In this document: piece after piece, positions 19,241 to 27,523 of the stretch
Numbering within the stretch: position 1 is the first letter of the stretch
How the letters are laid out: every line of letters starts with the position of its first letter
NCBI GenBank assembly: GCA_902778045.1
Contig: CACYWI010000003.1
Location: forward strand, 1 to 55,916
DNA length: 55,916 nucleotides
Source: an uncultured Eubacteriales bacterium
GTDB taxonomy: Bacteria; Bacillota; Clostridia; Christensenellales; Aristaeellaceae
Direction of reading: 5' to 3'
The notes under the pieces: generated by a model
Told to the model about the DNA's origin: nothing
Seen by the model: the letters and a program-made list of their open reading frames with translations, nothing else
The model's database searches: none
Position numbers and translations under genes: made by a program

Positions 19241-21970
19241 TTACCGCAGGCTCTCCATCTCGGCGATGCGGGCCTTCAGCTTATCGAGCAGCGTCTTGTT
19301 CGTAGCCAGCTTTTCCTTCTCAGCCTCCACCAGCTGGGCGGGAGCCTTGTTCAGGAAGCCGGGGTTGTTCAGCATGCCGTTGGCGCGGGCGATCTCGCCC
19401 TCCAGGCTCTTCAGGTCCTTGGCCAGGCGCTTCAGCTCCTTCTCCACGTCCACCAGCTCGCCCAGCGGGATGAACACCTCGCAGGCCTCGGACACGGCGG
19501 AGGCGGACTTTTCGGGATTGGCAGAGCCGGCTTCGATCAGCTCCAGGGCGCTGGCGTTGGCCAGGCGCTTGAAGTAGCCCTCCGCGGAGGCGAGGGTGTC
19601 CCTCCAGCCCTCGTGGGGCTTCAGGATCAGCGTGGCCTTCCTGCCGGGCGCGACGTTCATCTCGGCGCGCATGTTGCGCACGGCGCGGATGACGTCCATC
19701 ACGCCGTCCATTCGGGCAGCCTCGTCGGCGAAGTCGTACTCCGGCTTCGCCACCGGCCACGGCGCGTGGATCAGCATGCCCTCGGCGTTCGGCAGGTAGC
19801 CGTACACCTCCTCGGTGATGAAGGGCATATAGGGGTGCAGCAGCTTCAGCGTGCCGGTCAGCACGTACAGCAGCACCTCCTGGGTGGTGGACTTGACCTC
19901 GCCCTCCTCGGCGTAGAGGCCCTGCTTGGCCATCTCGATGTACCAATCGCAGAAGGTGCTCCACACAAAGTCATACAGCTTGGTGGCGGCCAGGCCCAGG
20001 TCGTAGTTCTCCAGGTTCTCGGTCACGCCGCGCACGGCCTCCTGATAGCGGGCCAGTATCCACTTGTCCGCCGGGGACAGCTTGTCCGCCGCGGGCAGGC
20101 CCTTGGGCTCAAAGCCCTGCAGGTTCATCAGCACGAAGCGGCTGGCGTTCCAGATCTTGTTGGCGAAGTTGCGGTAGGATTCGATCTTCTCCTCGCTCAT
20201 GCGGATGTCGCTGCCGGGGGCCACGCCCATCACCAGCGAGAAGCGCAGAGCATCCGCGCCGTACTTGTCGATGACCTCGATGGGGTCGATGCCGTTGCCC
20301 AGACTCTTGGACATCTTCCTGCCCAGGGCGTCGCGCACCAGGCCGTGCATCAGCGCCACCTCGAAGGGGCATTCGCCGGTTTGCTCGATGCCGGAGAACA
20401 CCATGCGGGCCAGCCAGAAGAATATGATGTCGTAGCCGCAGGACAGCACGGTGTTGGGATAATAGTACTTGAAGTCCTCCGTCTGCTCCGGCCAGCCCAG
20501 CGTAGAGAAGGGCCACAGCGCCGAGGAGAACCAGGTGTCCAGCACGTCCTCGTCCTGGTGCACGGGCTTGCCGCACTTCGGGCAGGTGGTGATGTCCTCG
20601 CGGGTCACGAAGGTCTCGCCGCAGTCGTCGCAGTAGAAGGCGGGGATCCGGTGGCCCCACCACAGCTGGCGGCTGATGCACCAATCGCGGGTGTTCTCCA
20701 TCCAGTGCAGGTAGGTCTTTTCAAAGCGGTCCGGGATGAAGCGCAGCTTGCCGTCGTACACCACCTTGCAGGCGGGCTCGGCCAGGGGCTTCATCTTCAC
20801 GAACCACTGTCTGGACACCATGGGCTCCACCGTGGTGTGGCAGCGATAGCAGGTGCCCACCTCGTGGCTCAGCGGCTCTACGGACTTGAGCAGGCCCAGC
20901 GCTTTCAGGTCCTCCACGATCAGCTTTCGGGCCTCCATGGTGGTCATGCCGGCGTACTTGCCGCAGTCCAGCACGGTGGGCTCGTCCACGGTGGCGCGGC
21001 CGCTGGCGATCAGCTCGGCGTTCTCGGCGGCCTCCTTCGCGCCGGTCATATGGCCGTCGTAGGTGAACACGCGCACCATGGGCAGGTCGTGACGCTTGCC
21101 TACCTCAAAGTCGTTCGGGTCGTGGGCGGGGGTGATCTTCACGACGCCGGTGCCCTTTTCCATGTCGGCGTGCTCGTCGCACACGATGGGGATCTCCTTG
21201 TTCACCAGAGGCAGCGTCACATGGCAGCCGTGCAGATGGGCGTAGCGGGGATCCTCCGGGTTGATGGCCACGGCGGTATCGCCCAGCATGGTCTCCGGGC
21301 GGGTGGTGGCCAGCTCCAGCAGCTCGCCGGTCTCCTTCACCGGGTACAGGATGTGCCAGAAGTGGCCGTCTTGGGTCTCATACTCCACCTCGGCGTCGGA
21401 CAGCGAGGTCTGGCAGCAGGGGCACCAGTTGATCATGCGGCTGCCGCGGTAGATCAGGTCCTTTTCGTACAGGCGCACGAAGGTCTCCCGCACGGCGCGG
21501 GAAAGGCCCTCGTCCATCGTGAAGCGCTCGCGGTCCCAGTCGCAGGACACGCCCAGCTTGCGCAGCTGGCGCACGATCCTGCCGCCGTACTCCTTTTTCC
21601 ACTCCCAGGTGCGCTGCAGGAACGCCTCGCGGCCGATCTTCTGCTTGGTCAGGCCTTCCTTGCGCAGCGCGTCCACCACCTTCACCTCGGTGGCGATGGC
21701 GGCGTGGTCTGTGCCGGGCACCCACAGCGTGGGATCACCCTTCATGCGGTGATAGCGGATCAGCACGTCCTGGGGCATTTCGTCCAGGGCGTGGCCGATG
21801 TGCAGCTGGCCGGTGATGTTCGGCGGCGGCATCACGATCACGAAAGGCTTTTTGCTCTCGTCCTTCACCGGCCTGAACGCGCCGGAGTGCTCCCACATGT
21901 CGTAGATCCGGCTTTCGACCTGGTTCGGCTGAAACACCTTTTCCATCGTGAATTCCTGCTTGTTTTCCAT
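19241..21970 (-). CDS. valS: valine--tRNA ligase
   Basis: 909 aa. HIGH motif (PNITGQLHIGH), KMSKS motif (KMSKSLGN), C-terminal coiled coil. RBS AAGGGGGA. Confidence 0.97.
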   Translation of the reverse strand: MENKQEFTMEKVFQPNQVESRIYDMWEHSGAFRPVKDESKKPFVIVMPPPNITGQLHIGHALDEMPQDVLIRYHRMKGDPTLWVPGTDHAAIATEVKVVDALRKEGLTKQKIGREAFLQRTWEWKKEYGGRIVRQLRKLGVSCDWDRERFTMDEGLSRAVRETFVRLYEKDLIYRGSRMINWCPCCQTSLSDAEVEYETQDGHFWHILYPVKETGELLELATTRPETMLGDTAVAINPEDPRYAHLHGCHVTLPLVNKEIPIVCDEHADMEKGTGVVKITPAHDPNDFEVGKRHDLPMVRVFTYDGHMTGAKEAAENAELIASGRATVDEPTVLDCGKYAGMTTMEARKLIVEDLKALGLLKSVEPLSHEVGTCYRCHTTVEPMVSRQWFVKMKPLAEPACKVVYDGKLRFIPDRFEKTYLHWMENTRDWCISRQLWWGHRIPAFYCDDCGETFVTREDITTCPKCGKPVHQDEDVLDTWFSSALWPFSTLGWPEQTEDFKYYYPNTVLSCGYDIIFFWLARMVFSGIEQTGECPFEVALMHGLVRDALGRKMSKSLGNGIDPIEVIDKYGADALRFSLVMGVAPGSDIRMSEEKIESYRNFANKIWNASRFVLMNLQGFEPKGLPAADKLSPADKWILARYQEAVRGVTENLENYDLGLAATKLYDFVWSTFCDWYIEMAKQGLYAEEGEVKSTTQEVLLYVLTGTLKLLHPYMPFITEEVYGYLPNAEGMLIHAPWPVAKPEYDFADEAARMDGVMDVIRAVRNMRAEMNVAPGRKATLILKPHEGWRDTLASAEGYFKRLANASALELIEAGSANPEKSASAVSEACEVFIPLGELVDVEKELKRLAKDLKSLEGEIARANGMLNNPGFLNKAPAQLVEAEKEKLATNKTLLDKLKARIAEMESLR

Positions 21971-21988
21971 GAATATATCCCCCTTGTA

Positions 21989-22237
21989 TTATAGACAGAT
22001 GACCAGTATCGCGCCGACGCCGCAGACGAGCGTGCCGACGAGCTTGAGCGCGGGGCTTCGCCGCAGCGCGGCCACGAGCCCGACGAGCATCAGGCCGAGC
22101 CCGGCCCAGTTGACGGGCTTCAAACTGGCGGCGCTGAGCGTGCCGGAGCGCGCGCCGGTGAAAAGGAAATACGCGCCGACCGCGACGACCAGCACCGGCA
22201 GAAGAAAGCCGCCGAAGCGCCTGTTCTCTCCCGACAT
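21989..22237 (-). CDS. small hydrophobic membrane protein (82 aa) between the T-box leader and valS
   Basis: ATG 22237 is preceded by GGGAGGTGA. Three hydrophobic segments (FLLPVLVVAVGAYFLF, GLGLMLVGLVAAL, LVGTLVCGVGAILVICL). No homology recognised. Confidence 0.5.
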   Translation of the reverse strand: MSGENRRFGGFLLPVLVVAVGAYFLFTGARSGTLSAASLKPVNWAGLGLMLVGLVAALRRSPALKLVGTLVCGVGAILVICL

Positions 22238-22249
22238 GCGATCACCTCC

Positions 22250-22488
22250 CGTTGGAACCAAAAAAGCGGCGCATCTCACCCAAAGGGCGGAATGCTCCGC
22301 GGTACCACCTTTATTCACCCGACGGAATCGGGCCTCTGCGCGCTTTAAGGGGCACACCCCGCCGGGCTGATGACTTCACCCGGCCGTCTCTGAAGCGACC
22401 TTCGCCCCCCCAGGGTTCCGAGCGGCCTTTCAGCCAGCGAACCGCTCTCTCTTGGGAAATGTGAGGGCTACTCCTCTTCCTCATCGAC
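22250..22488 (-). promoter_or_regulatory. T-box riboswitch leader, Val specifier (GUC)
   Basis: The minus strand shows GAUGAGGAAGAGGAGUAG (GA/K-turn plus AGUA), the AGAGAGAGCGG bay, and specifier loop GCGAAG-GUC-G. The T-box sequence is AAUAAAGGUGGUACCGCGGAG. A terminator hairpin GCGGAGCAU...AUGCGCCGC plus UUUUUU lies at 22260-22310. Confidence 0.85.
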
Positions 22489-22494
22489 GGTTAG

Positions 22495-22523
22495 ATTATA
22501 GCACGCGGCTCCGGTCCCGTCAA
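22495..22523 (-). promoter_or_regulatory. sigma-A type promoter of the T-box/valS unit
   Basis: Minus strand reads TTGACG (22518-22523), a 17-nt spacer, then TATAAT (22495-22500). Confidence 0.6.
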
Positions 22524-22565
22524 TTTGGTTTACCCGGTTTTCCGTTTATTTAACACCGGCCGGCG

Positions 22566-22865
22566 TCAATAATCGCCGAACTCGTTGCGCGGGTCGCGGC
22601 TGCGCTTCGACTTTTCGTCGTCCTCCAGGAATTCGATCTCCAGCCGCTGGAAGGGCACCTCCTCCATGAAGTGCTCCGGCAGGAACTGCGTGCGGCGGAA
22701 CTCCTCGAACTCCCGGTAGTGCTTGTTCAGCCACAGCGGCCTGGGAATGTCAAACCCGTGGCAGAGCTCGGTCAGCGCGTCCTCCACCCCGGCAAAGTCG
22801 CATTCCGCGGTGTCCTGGCGCTCGATGCGGTGCTTGCGAATGATCCTGGCCCACAGTCTCGGCAT
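22566..22865 (-). CDS. hypothetical protein (99 aa, charged, no recognised domain)
   Basis: Clean ORF with a GGGGGT RBS and its own consensus promoter. Sequence ...LWLNKHYREFEEFRRTQFLPEHFMEEVPFQRLEIEFLEDDE...; function unknown. Confidence 0.6.
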   Translation of the reverse strand: MPRLWARIIRKHRIERQDTAECDFAGVEDALTELCHGFDIPRPLWLNKHYREFEEFRRTQFLPEHFMEEVPFQRLEIEFLEDDEKSKRSRDPRNEFGDY

Positions 22866-22903
22866 CGGTATACCCCCGCTTTCGTATCCTGGAATCAGGC
22901 TCT

Positions 22904-22932
22904 ATTATACCCGAAGCCCGTCATTCGCGCAA
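22904..22932 (-). promoter_or_regulatory. sigma-A type promoter of the 99-aa gene
   Basis: Minus strand reads TTGCGC (22927-22932), a 17-nt spacer, then TATAAT (22904-22909). It is bracketed by the 10-bp inverted repeat GAATCAGG.CT / AGCCTGATTC. Confidence 0.5.
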
Positions 22933-22941
22933 GCCCTGATT

Positions 22942-23562
22942 CTATTCGGCGGCGTCGACCAGGGTCCTGAAGTCGACGCTGATTCCGTTCGCGGTCACCT
23001 CGAAGTGCAGGTGGGCGGCCATATCCGCTTCGCAGCCCACGGGCGGGCCGACGGCGCTGATGACCTCCCCCGCCGCCACCTTGTCGCCGACGCCGACCAG
23101 CTTCAGCGTGTTCACCCCAGCATAGGTGGACTGCCAGCCGTCCTCGTGCTCCAGCACGATCACGTTGCCCCACAGCCGGTCGCTGTAGCTGTCCGCCACC
23201 CTGCCGTCGCGGCAGGCGTACACGGCCTCTCCCACGGTACCGGCGATGTCCAGCGCGGGATGGGTCTGCCACTGGGAAAGGGTTTCAGACCATACGGGCT
23301 CCTCCGGGCTGTATTCCCCGATGATCTCCCCCGCCAGCGGCCACAGCCAGGGTGCCTGCTCCGGCACAGCCTCCTCCGGCTCGGCCTCCGGCTGGAGTAT
23401 CGCGGCGACGGCGGCGGGCGCTTCCTCCCCTATGCGCTCCGCGCGCTTGCCGCGGCTGCGGTACGCGCTGGAGCCCAGCGCCAGCAAAAGCAGCAGCAGC
23501 GCCAGCGCGGCATACCGGCGCACAGCCGGCTTCGCGCTCCATGCTTTGATGCGTTCCATCAT
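22942..23562 (-). CDS. membrane-anchored M23/LytM-domain peptidase (SpoIIQ candidate)
   Basis: N-terminal TM (YAALALLLLLLALG). LytM motifs HPALDIAG (HxxxD) and HLHFEV (HxH) are intact. ATG 23562 is preceded by AAGGGGGAA. Confidence 0.8.
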   Translation of the reverse strand: MMERIKAWSAKPAVRRYAALALLLLLLALGSSAYRSRGKRAERIGEEAPAAVAAILQPEAEPEEAVPEQAPWLWPLAGEIIGEYSPEEPVWSETLSQWQTHPALDIAGTVGEAVYACRDGRVADSYSDRLWGNVIVLEHEDGWQSTYAGVNTLKLVGVGDKVAAGEVISAVGPPVGCEADMAAHLHFEVTANGISVDFRTLVDAAE

Positions 23563-23565
23563 GCG

Positions 23566-23609
23566 AATTCCCCCTTGCGTGTTTAGTATGATACGCACAA
23601 GGGGGAATT
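23566..23609 (-). promoter_or_regulatory. stem-loop that pairs the RBS of the M23 peptidase gene
   Basis: The minus strand AATTCCCCCTTGTGCGT ... ACGCAAGGGGGAATT forms a stem of about 15 bp. The 3' arm contains the AAGGGGGAA Shine-Dalgarno 5 nt before the ATG, and the loop contains CATACTA. Confidence 0.5.
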
Positions 23610-23627
23610 AATCAGCCGCGCCGTTAT

Positions 23628-25106
23628 TTATTTCCTGTCGCGCCGGCGATTGCGCTCGTCGCGCCGTCGCTGGGCGCTCATGCGGCGCATGTACTCCAAA
23701 CGGCGGGCCTCGTAGATCTGCTTGCGCCGCTTCTCCTTGCGGGAGGCGCGCACGGCCCCGGCGATCAACAGCAGCACGATCAGCAGGATCAGCACCGCAG
23801 CCAGCAGCACCACCAGCGGATCCTCGAAGTAGGCCAGCGCCGGGATCAGGTCCGTCAGGGAAGCCTTCTGCGGCTGCTCGGCGATATCCCTGTCCGCCAC
23901 CAGCAGCGCGGTGATGGCCTTGCCGGACTGGTCCAGATAGCGCACCCGACCAATGATCTCGCCCTCGGATACCGGGGCCACCATGTCGGAGGTCACGGTC
24001 AGCTCGCAGCGGGAGACGAAGTCCCGGATGGCCTGGTCCATAGCGGTTTCGTTGTCGGTTTCCACCATGCGCACGTAATCCGGGTCGCTGATCTGGGCGA
24101 TCTTCAGGTTCAGCATGCCGCCATAGGGGTCGCTGTCTATGGCGTTGGACACCCGCAGCGTGGCGATCTGGCTGCCGGCGAAGGTGAACATCTCCTCAAG
24201 GGAATAGCCGGTATAGCGGGTGAAGCCGTAGTTGAACATGCGGATCGTGTCCACCCACTTTTCGGTGCTGGCCACGCTCTTCAGATCGACGCTGACCAGG
24301 CGCACGCCGTCCCGCTCCGCCGCGCCGACGAAGCACTGGCCTGCGTGGCTGTGGTAGCCGGTCTTGATGCCGATGCAGTCGGCGTAGTAGTAGGTGTTGT
24401 CCTTCTTGAGCAGCGAATTGGTGTTGACCACCCGAAGCTCCATGTCCGCACGGTTCCGGTTGATGTTCATCACGTAGTTCGGCGCGGACACGATGCGGCG
24501 GAAGGCCTCCAGCCTCACGGCGGCGCAGGCGATCCTGGAAAGATCCAGCGCTGTGGAATAGTGGTCCGCGTCGTGATAGCCGTGGGGATTGGCAAAGTGG
24601 GTGTCCTCGCAGCCCAGCTCCTTGGCCCGCTTGTTCATCTTCTCCACAAAGGCGGGCACGTTGCCGCTGACCATGCAGGCGATGGCGTTCGCGCCGTCGT
24701 TGCCGGAGGTCAGCATGAAGCCGTACAGCAGATCGCGGAAGGTCATCTGGTCGCCGGGGAATACCGGGATCAGAGAGCTGTCCGCCGGGATGTCCATGGC
24801 CTGCTGGGGAATGACCACCGATGTATCCATGCCGATGCCGCTTTCAAGCGCCAGCAGCAGCGTCATGATCTTGGTGGTGCTGGCTGGGTACATGCGTTTC
24901 CGGGCATTTTTGGCAAACAAAACGTTGCCGTTCTCCGCGTCCACAAGGACCGCGGATTCGGCATAGATGTGGCCCTCGCGCAGCAGCTGGGGCACGTTCT
25001 TGTTGTAGTCGGAGGGCGATTCGGCCAGCGCGGCGCAGGCGCTCATCAGCGCGATGGCTGCGACCAGCAGGGCCGAAACCCACCTGAGGCGTCGTAGCAT
25101 TGCCAT
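23628..25106 (-). CDS. D-alanyl-D-alanine carboxypeptidase (S11, PBP5/DacB/DacF-like) with C-terminal TM anchor
   Basis: Signal peptide plus SxxK (ASTTKIMT), SGN (TSGNDGAN) and KTG (IKTGYH). C-terminal TM followed by a very basic tail. The start is one of three clustered Met codons (25100-25115). Confidence 0.85.
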   Translation of the reverse strand: MAMLRRLRWVSALLVAAIALMSACAALAESPSDYNKNVPQLLREGHIYAESAVLVDAENGNVLFAKNARKRMYPASTTKIMTLLLALESGIGMDTSVVIPQQAMDIPADSSLIPVFPGDQMTFRDLLYGFMLTSGNDGANAIACMVSGNVPAFVEKMNKRAKELGCEDTHFANPHGYHDADHYSTALDLSRIACAAVRLEAFRRIVSAPNYVMNINRNRADMELRVVNTNSLLKKDNTYYYADCIGIKTGYHSHAGQCFVGAAERDGVRLVSVDLKSVASTEKWVDTIRMFNYGFTRYTGYSLEEMFTFAGSQIATLRVSNAIDSDPYGGMLNLKIAQISDPDYVRMVETDNETAMDQAIRDFVSRCELTVTSDMVAPVSEGEIIGRVRYLDQSGKAITALLVADRDIAEQPQKASLTDLIPALAYFEDPLVVLLAAVLILLIVLLLIAGAVRASRKEKRRKQIYEARRLEYMRRMSAQRRRDERNRRRDRK

Positions 25107-25111
25107 ACCTC

Positions 25112-26533
25112 TCATGGTGTGGGGATTGATTTCATTATAGCACCAAACCCGTGTTTTGTACAGTTTGGCCGCGAATTGTAACACTTACCGCCGCTTGGCG
25201 CGCTTGCGCCGCCGCTTGCGCCGCCTGTCCGCGCGCAGCGGTCGTCCGAGTCACGCTGTTGCGGCACATCCGTCGCGCTGGGCATGGGCGTGGGCGTGGG
25301 GGCCGGCGACTGCGTGGGCGCGGCGGCCACGTCCCGCTCGGCGACCAGCGACGCCTTTACCTCGCCGCCGTCGGGAAGGGTGGCGCTCACCTCAGCCATG
25401 ACCTCGCCGGCGCTGATCGGGGCGACTTCCTCCCGCGTCGGGCTGATTTCGACGCTCATGGACAGCTGATCGGCCAGCTCACTGAGCGCCGCCTCGCTGC
25501 CGTCAAGGGCCTTGACGGTCGCGCCGCCGTCCTCCACGTCGCGCAGGGCCAGCTTCAGGGTCTCCTCGCCCGGGGCGGCGTTTTCGATCTCGACCACGTT
25601 GAACGCCCCGGCTGCCCGCTCCAGCAGCTCGGCGCCTGGCACGTCGCGGTAGCATGTGAAGCCGTATTCGAACAGCTTCGCCGCGTCGTACCACTTGTCG
25701 TTCTCATTCTCGCAGTTCAGAACCACGCAGATCACGCTCATGCCGTCGCGCTCGGCGGAGCCCACAAAGCACCAGCCCGCCTTGTTGTGATGGCCGGTCT
25801 TGATGCCTGTGCAGTCCGGATAGTAATACTTTTCCCCGCTTTGGAGCAGACTGTTCCTGGAGACGATATCGAGCTGCGCCGTCTGACCGCCGCGCTTGAC
25901 GGTCATCTGCCATTTCGGCTCTGCCACGATCTGCCGGAACGCTGGGTTGGTCATGGCCGTCCGCGCGATGGTCGCCAGGTCCTGGGCGGTGGTATAGTGC
26001 TCGGCGTCGTGATAGCCGTGGGCGTTGACGTAGTGGGTGCCCTCGCAGCCCAGCTCGGCGGCGCGGGCGTTCATGTGCGCGACGAAGGCTTCGATGCTCC
26101 CGTCCACCAGCACGGCGACGGCGTTGGCTCCGTCGTTGCCGGAGGACAGCATAAAGCCGCACAGCAGGTCCCGGAACGAGGTCTCGTCCCCCGGCTTCAC
26201 CGGAATGACGGAGCTGCCCTCCGGGATGTCCGCCGCCTCCTGGGGGATGGTCACCTGGCTGTCCAGCGGTATGTCGCTCTCCAGCGCCAGCAGCAGGGTC
26301 ATGATCTTGGTGGTGCTGGCCGGATACATGCGCACCCGGGAGTTCTTTGAAAACAACACCTCGCCCGTCAGCTCGTCCACCAGCAGGGCGGACTGGGCGT
26401 ACAGGTGCTCCGGGGTCAGGTTCTGTGGATTGTTGATATCGTACTCGGCGACGCCATCCGCCAGCGCAGCCATGCACGAAAGCGTAAGCAGCGCGGCGAT
26501 CAACGCCGAAAGGATTCGCCGGATCAATGTCAT
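25112..26533 (-). CDS. D-alanyl-D-alanine carboxypeptidase (S11), paralogue without a TM anchor
   Basis: Signal peptide plus ASTTKIMT, SSGNDGAN and IKTGHH. Pro/Thr-rich C-terminal tail. Directly upstream of its paralogue. Confidence 0.85.
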   Translation of the reverse strand: MTLIRRILSALIAALLTLSCMAALADGVAEYDINNPQNLTPEHLYAQSALLVDELTGEVLFSKNSRVRMYPASTTKIMTLLLALESDIPLDSQVTIPQEAADIPEGSSVIPVKPGDETSFRDLLCGFMLSSGNDGANAVAVLVDGSIEAFVAHMNARAAELGCEGTHYVNAHGYHDAEHYTTAQDLATIARTAMTNPAFRQIVAEPKWQMTVKRGGQTAQLDIVSRNSLLQSGEKYYYPDCTGIKTGHHNKAGWCFVGSAERDGMSVICVVLNCENENDKWYDAAKLFEYGFTCYRDVPGAELLERAAGAFNVVEIENAAPGEETLKLALRDVEDGGATVKALDGSEAALSELADQLSMSVEISPTREEVAPISAGEVMAEVSATLPDGGEVKASLVAERDVAAAPTQSPAPTPTPMPSATDVPQQRDSDDRCARTGGASGGASAPSGGKCYNSRPNCTKHGFGAIMKSIPTP

Positions 26534-26667
26534 GAAAATACTCCTTAGGATGCCTCAAACGCACGGTCCGCTGATGGACATTGGGCAGCGTTTGTCATAT
26601 AATATTATCACTATCCGCGAAATTTGTACAGCGTCACTCGAAAAACCTAACATTTAAAAAAAAAGAC

Positions 26668-26696
26668 TTGAAATAATGTCAGGAATCGTTTATAAT
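26668..26696 (+). promoter_or_regulatory. sigma-A type promoter of the second two-component operon
   Basis: TTGAAA (26668-26673), a 17-nt spacer, then TATAAT (26691-26696), within a 240-bp AT-rich divergent intergenic region. Confidence 0.6.
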
Positions 26697-26772
26697 AATA
26701 ACAATAATATGAAAATGTAATGTCATAGCGTTTCATTTTATCGTTACATCGGTGATTGAGGAGGATTTACCC

Positions 26773-27465
26773 ATGCCCAAGCGGATTCTGATCGTAGACG
26801 ACGAGCCCCTGATTGTCAAAGGTTTGAAATATTCACTGGAACAGGACGGATACGAGACGGATTCCGCCGCCGACGGCGAGGAGGCGGTCAATAAGTTCTT
26901 CGCCGGTCAGTACGACCTTGTGCTGCTGGACGTGATGCTGCCGAAGATCGACGGCATCGAGGTGTGCCAGCGCATCCGCGAGCGCAGCAACGTGTCGATC
27001 ATCATGCTGACAGCCAAGGGCGACGACATGGACAAGATCCTGGGCCTGGAGTACGGCGCGGACGATTACATGACCAAGCCCTTCAACATCCTGGAGGTCA
27101 AGGCCAGGATCCGCACCATATTCCGCCGCACCGCCATGATGCAGCGCGAGAGCGGCCAGCGGGTGATCACCGTGCGCGACATGCAGCTGAACGTGAACAA
27201 CCGCTCCGTGACCGTGGCGGGCCGCGAGGTCAACCTGACGGCCAAGGAATTCGACCTGCTGCACCTGTTCGTCACCAACCGCGGCAAGGTCTTTTCCCGG
27301 GAAAACCTGCTTGAGACCATCTGGAAATACGACTATCTGGGCGACCTTCGCACGGTAGACGTGCACATCCGCCGCCTGCGCGAAAAGATCGAAAAGGTGC
27401 CCAGCCAGCCTGAGTACATCTTCACCAAGTGGGGAGTGGGCTACTATTTCACTGACAAGGATTAA
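26773..27465 (+). CDS. OmpR-family response regulator (WalR/YycF-like)
   Basis: ATG 26773 lies 8 nt after GAGGAGG. Receiver (ILIVDDEP, LLDVMLPKIDG, MLTAKG) plus winged helix (KWGVGYYF). Confidence 0.9.
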   Translation: MPKRILIVDDEPLIVKGLKYSLEQDGYETDSAADGEEAVNKFFAGQYDLVLLDVMLPKIDGIEVCQRIRERSNVSIIMLTAKGDDMDKILGLEYGADDYMTKPFNILEVKARIRTIFRRTAMMQRESGQRVITVRDMQLNVNNRSVTVAGREVNLTAKEFDLLHLFVTNRGKVFSRENLLETIWKYDYLGDLRTVDVHIRRLREKIEKVPSQPEYIFTKWGVGYYFTDKD

Positions 27466-27523
27466 AGCCTTCATACATTCCATACGCTGGAAGATCACCA
27501 TCGCCTATCTGCTGATCATCGTC

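Noticed and set aside
19613-21994. 793-aa ORF on the plus strand, antisense to valS
   Set aside because: It is a typical high-GC shadow frame. The composition is rich in G, A, L, H, V and R, with no RBS and no recognisable domain. The opposite strand carries an unambiguous valS with HIGH and KMSKS motifs.
25195-25235. Short tandem repeat (GGCGGCGCAAGC x2 plus a partial copy), considered as a CRISPR or VNTR-like array
   Set aside because: There are only two 12-nt units, with no spacers, inside a coding tail. It is simple slippage-type duplication.
26715-26749. ATGTAATG-N19-CGTTACAT inverted repeat in the 5' UTR of the second two-component operon, considered as a WalR-type (TGTWAH-N5-TGTWAH) autoregulatory site
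   Set aside because: The half-sites are inverted rather than direct, and the spacing does not fit the WalR consensus. In an AT-rich spacer an 8-bp imperfect palindrome is weak evidence.
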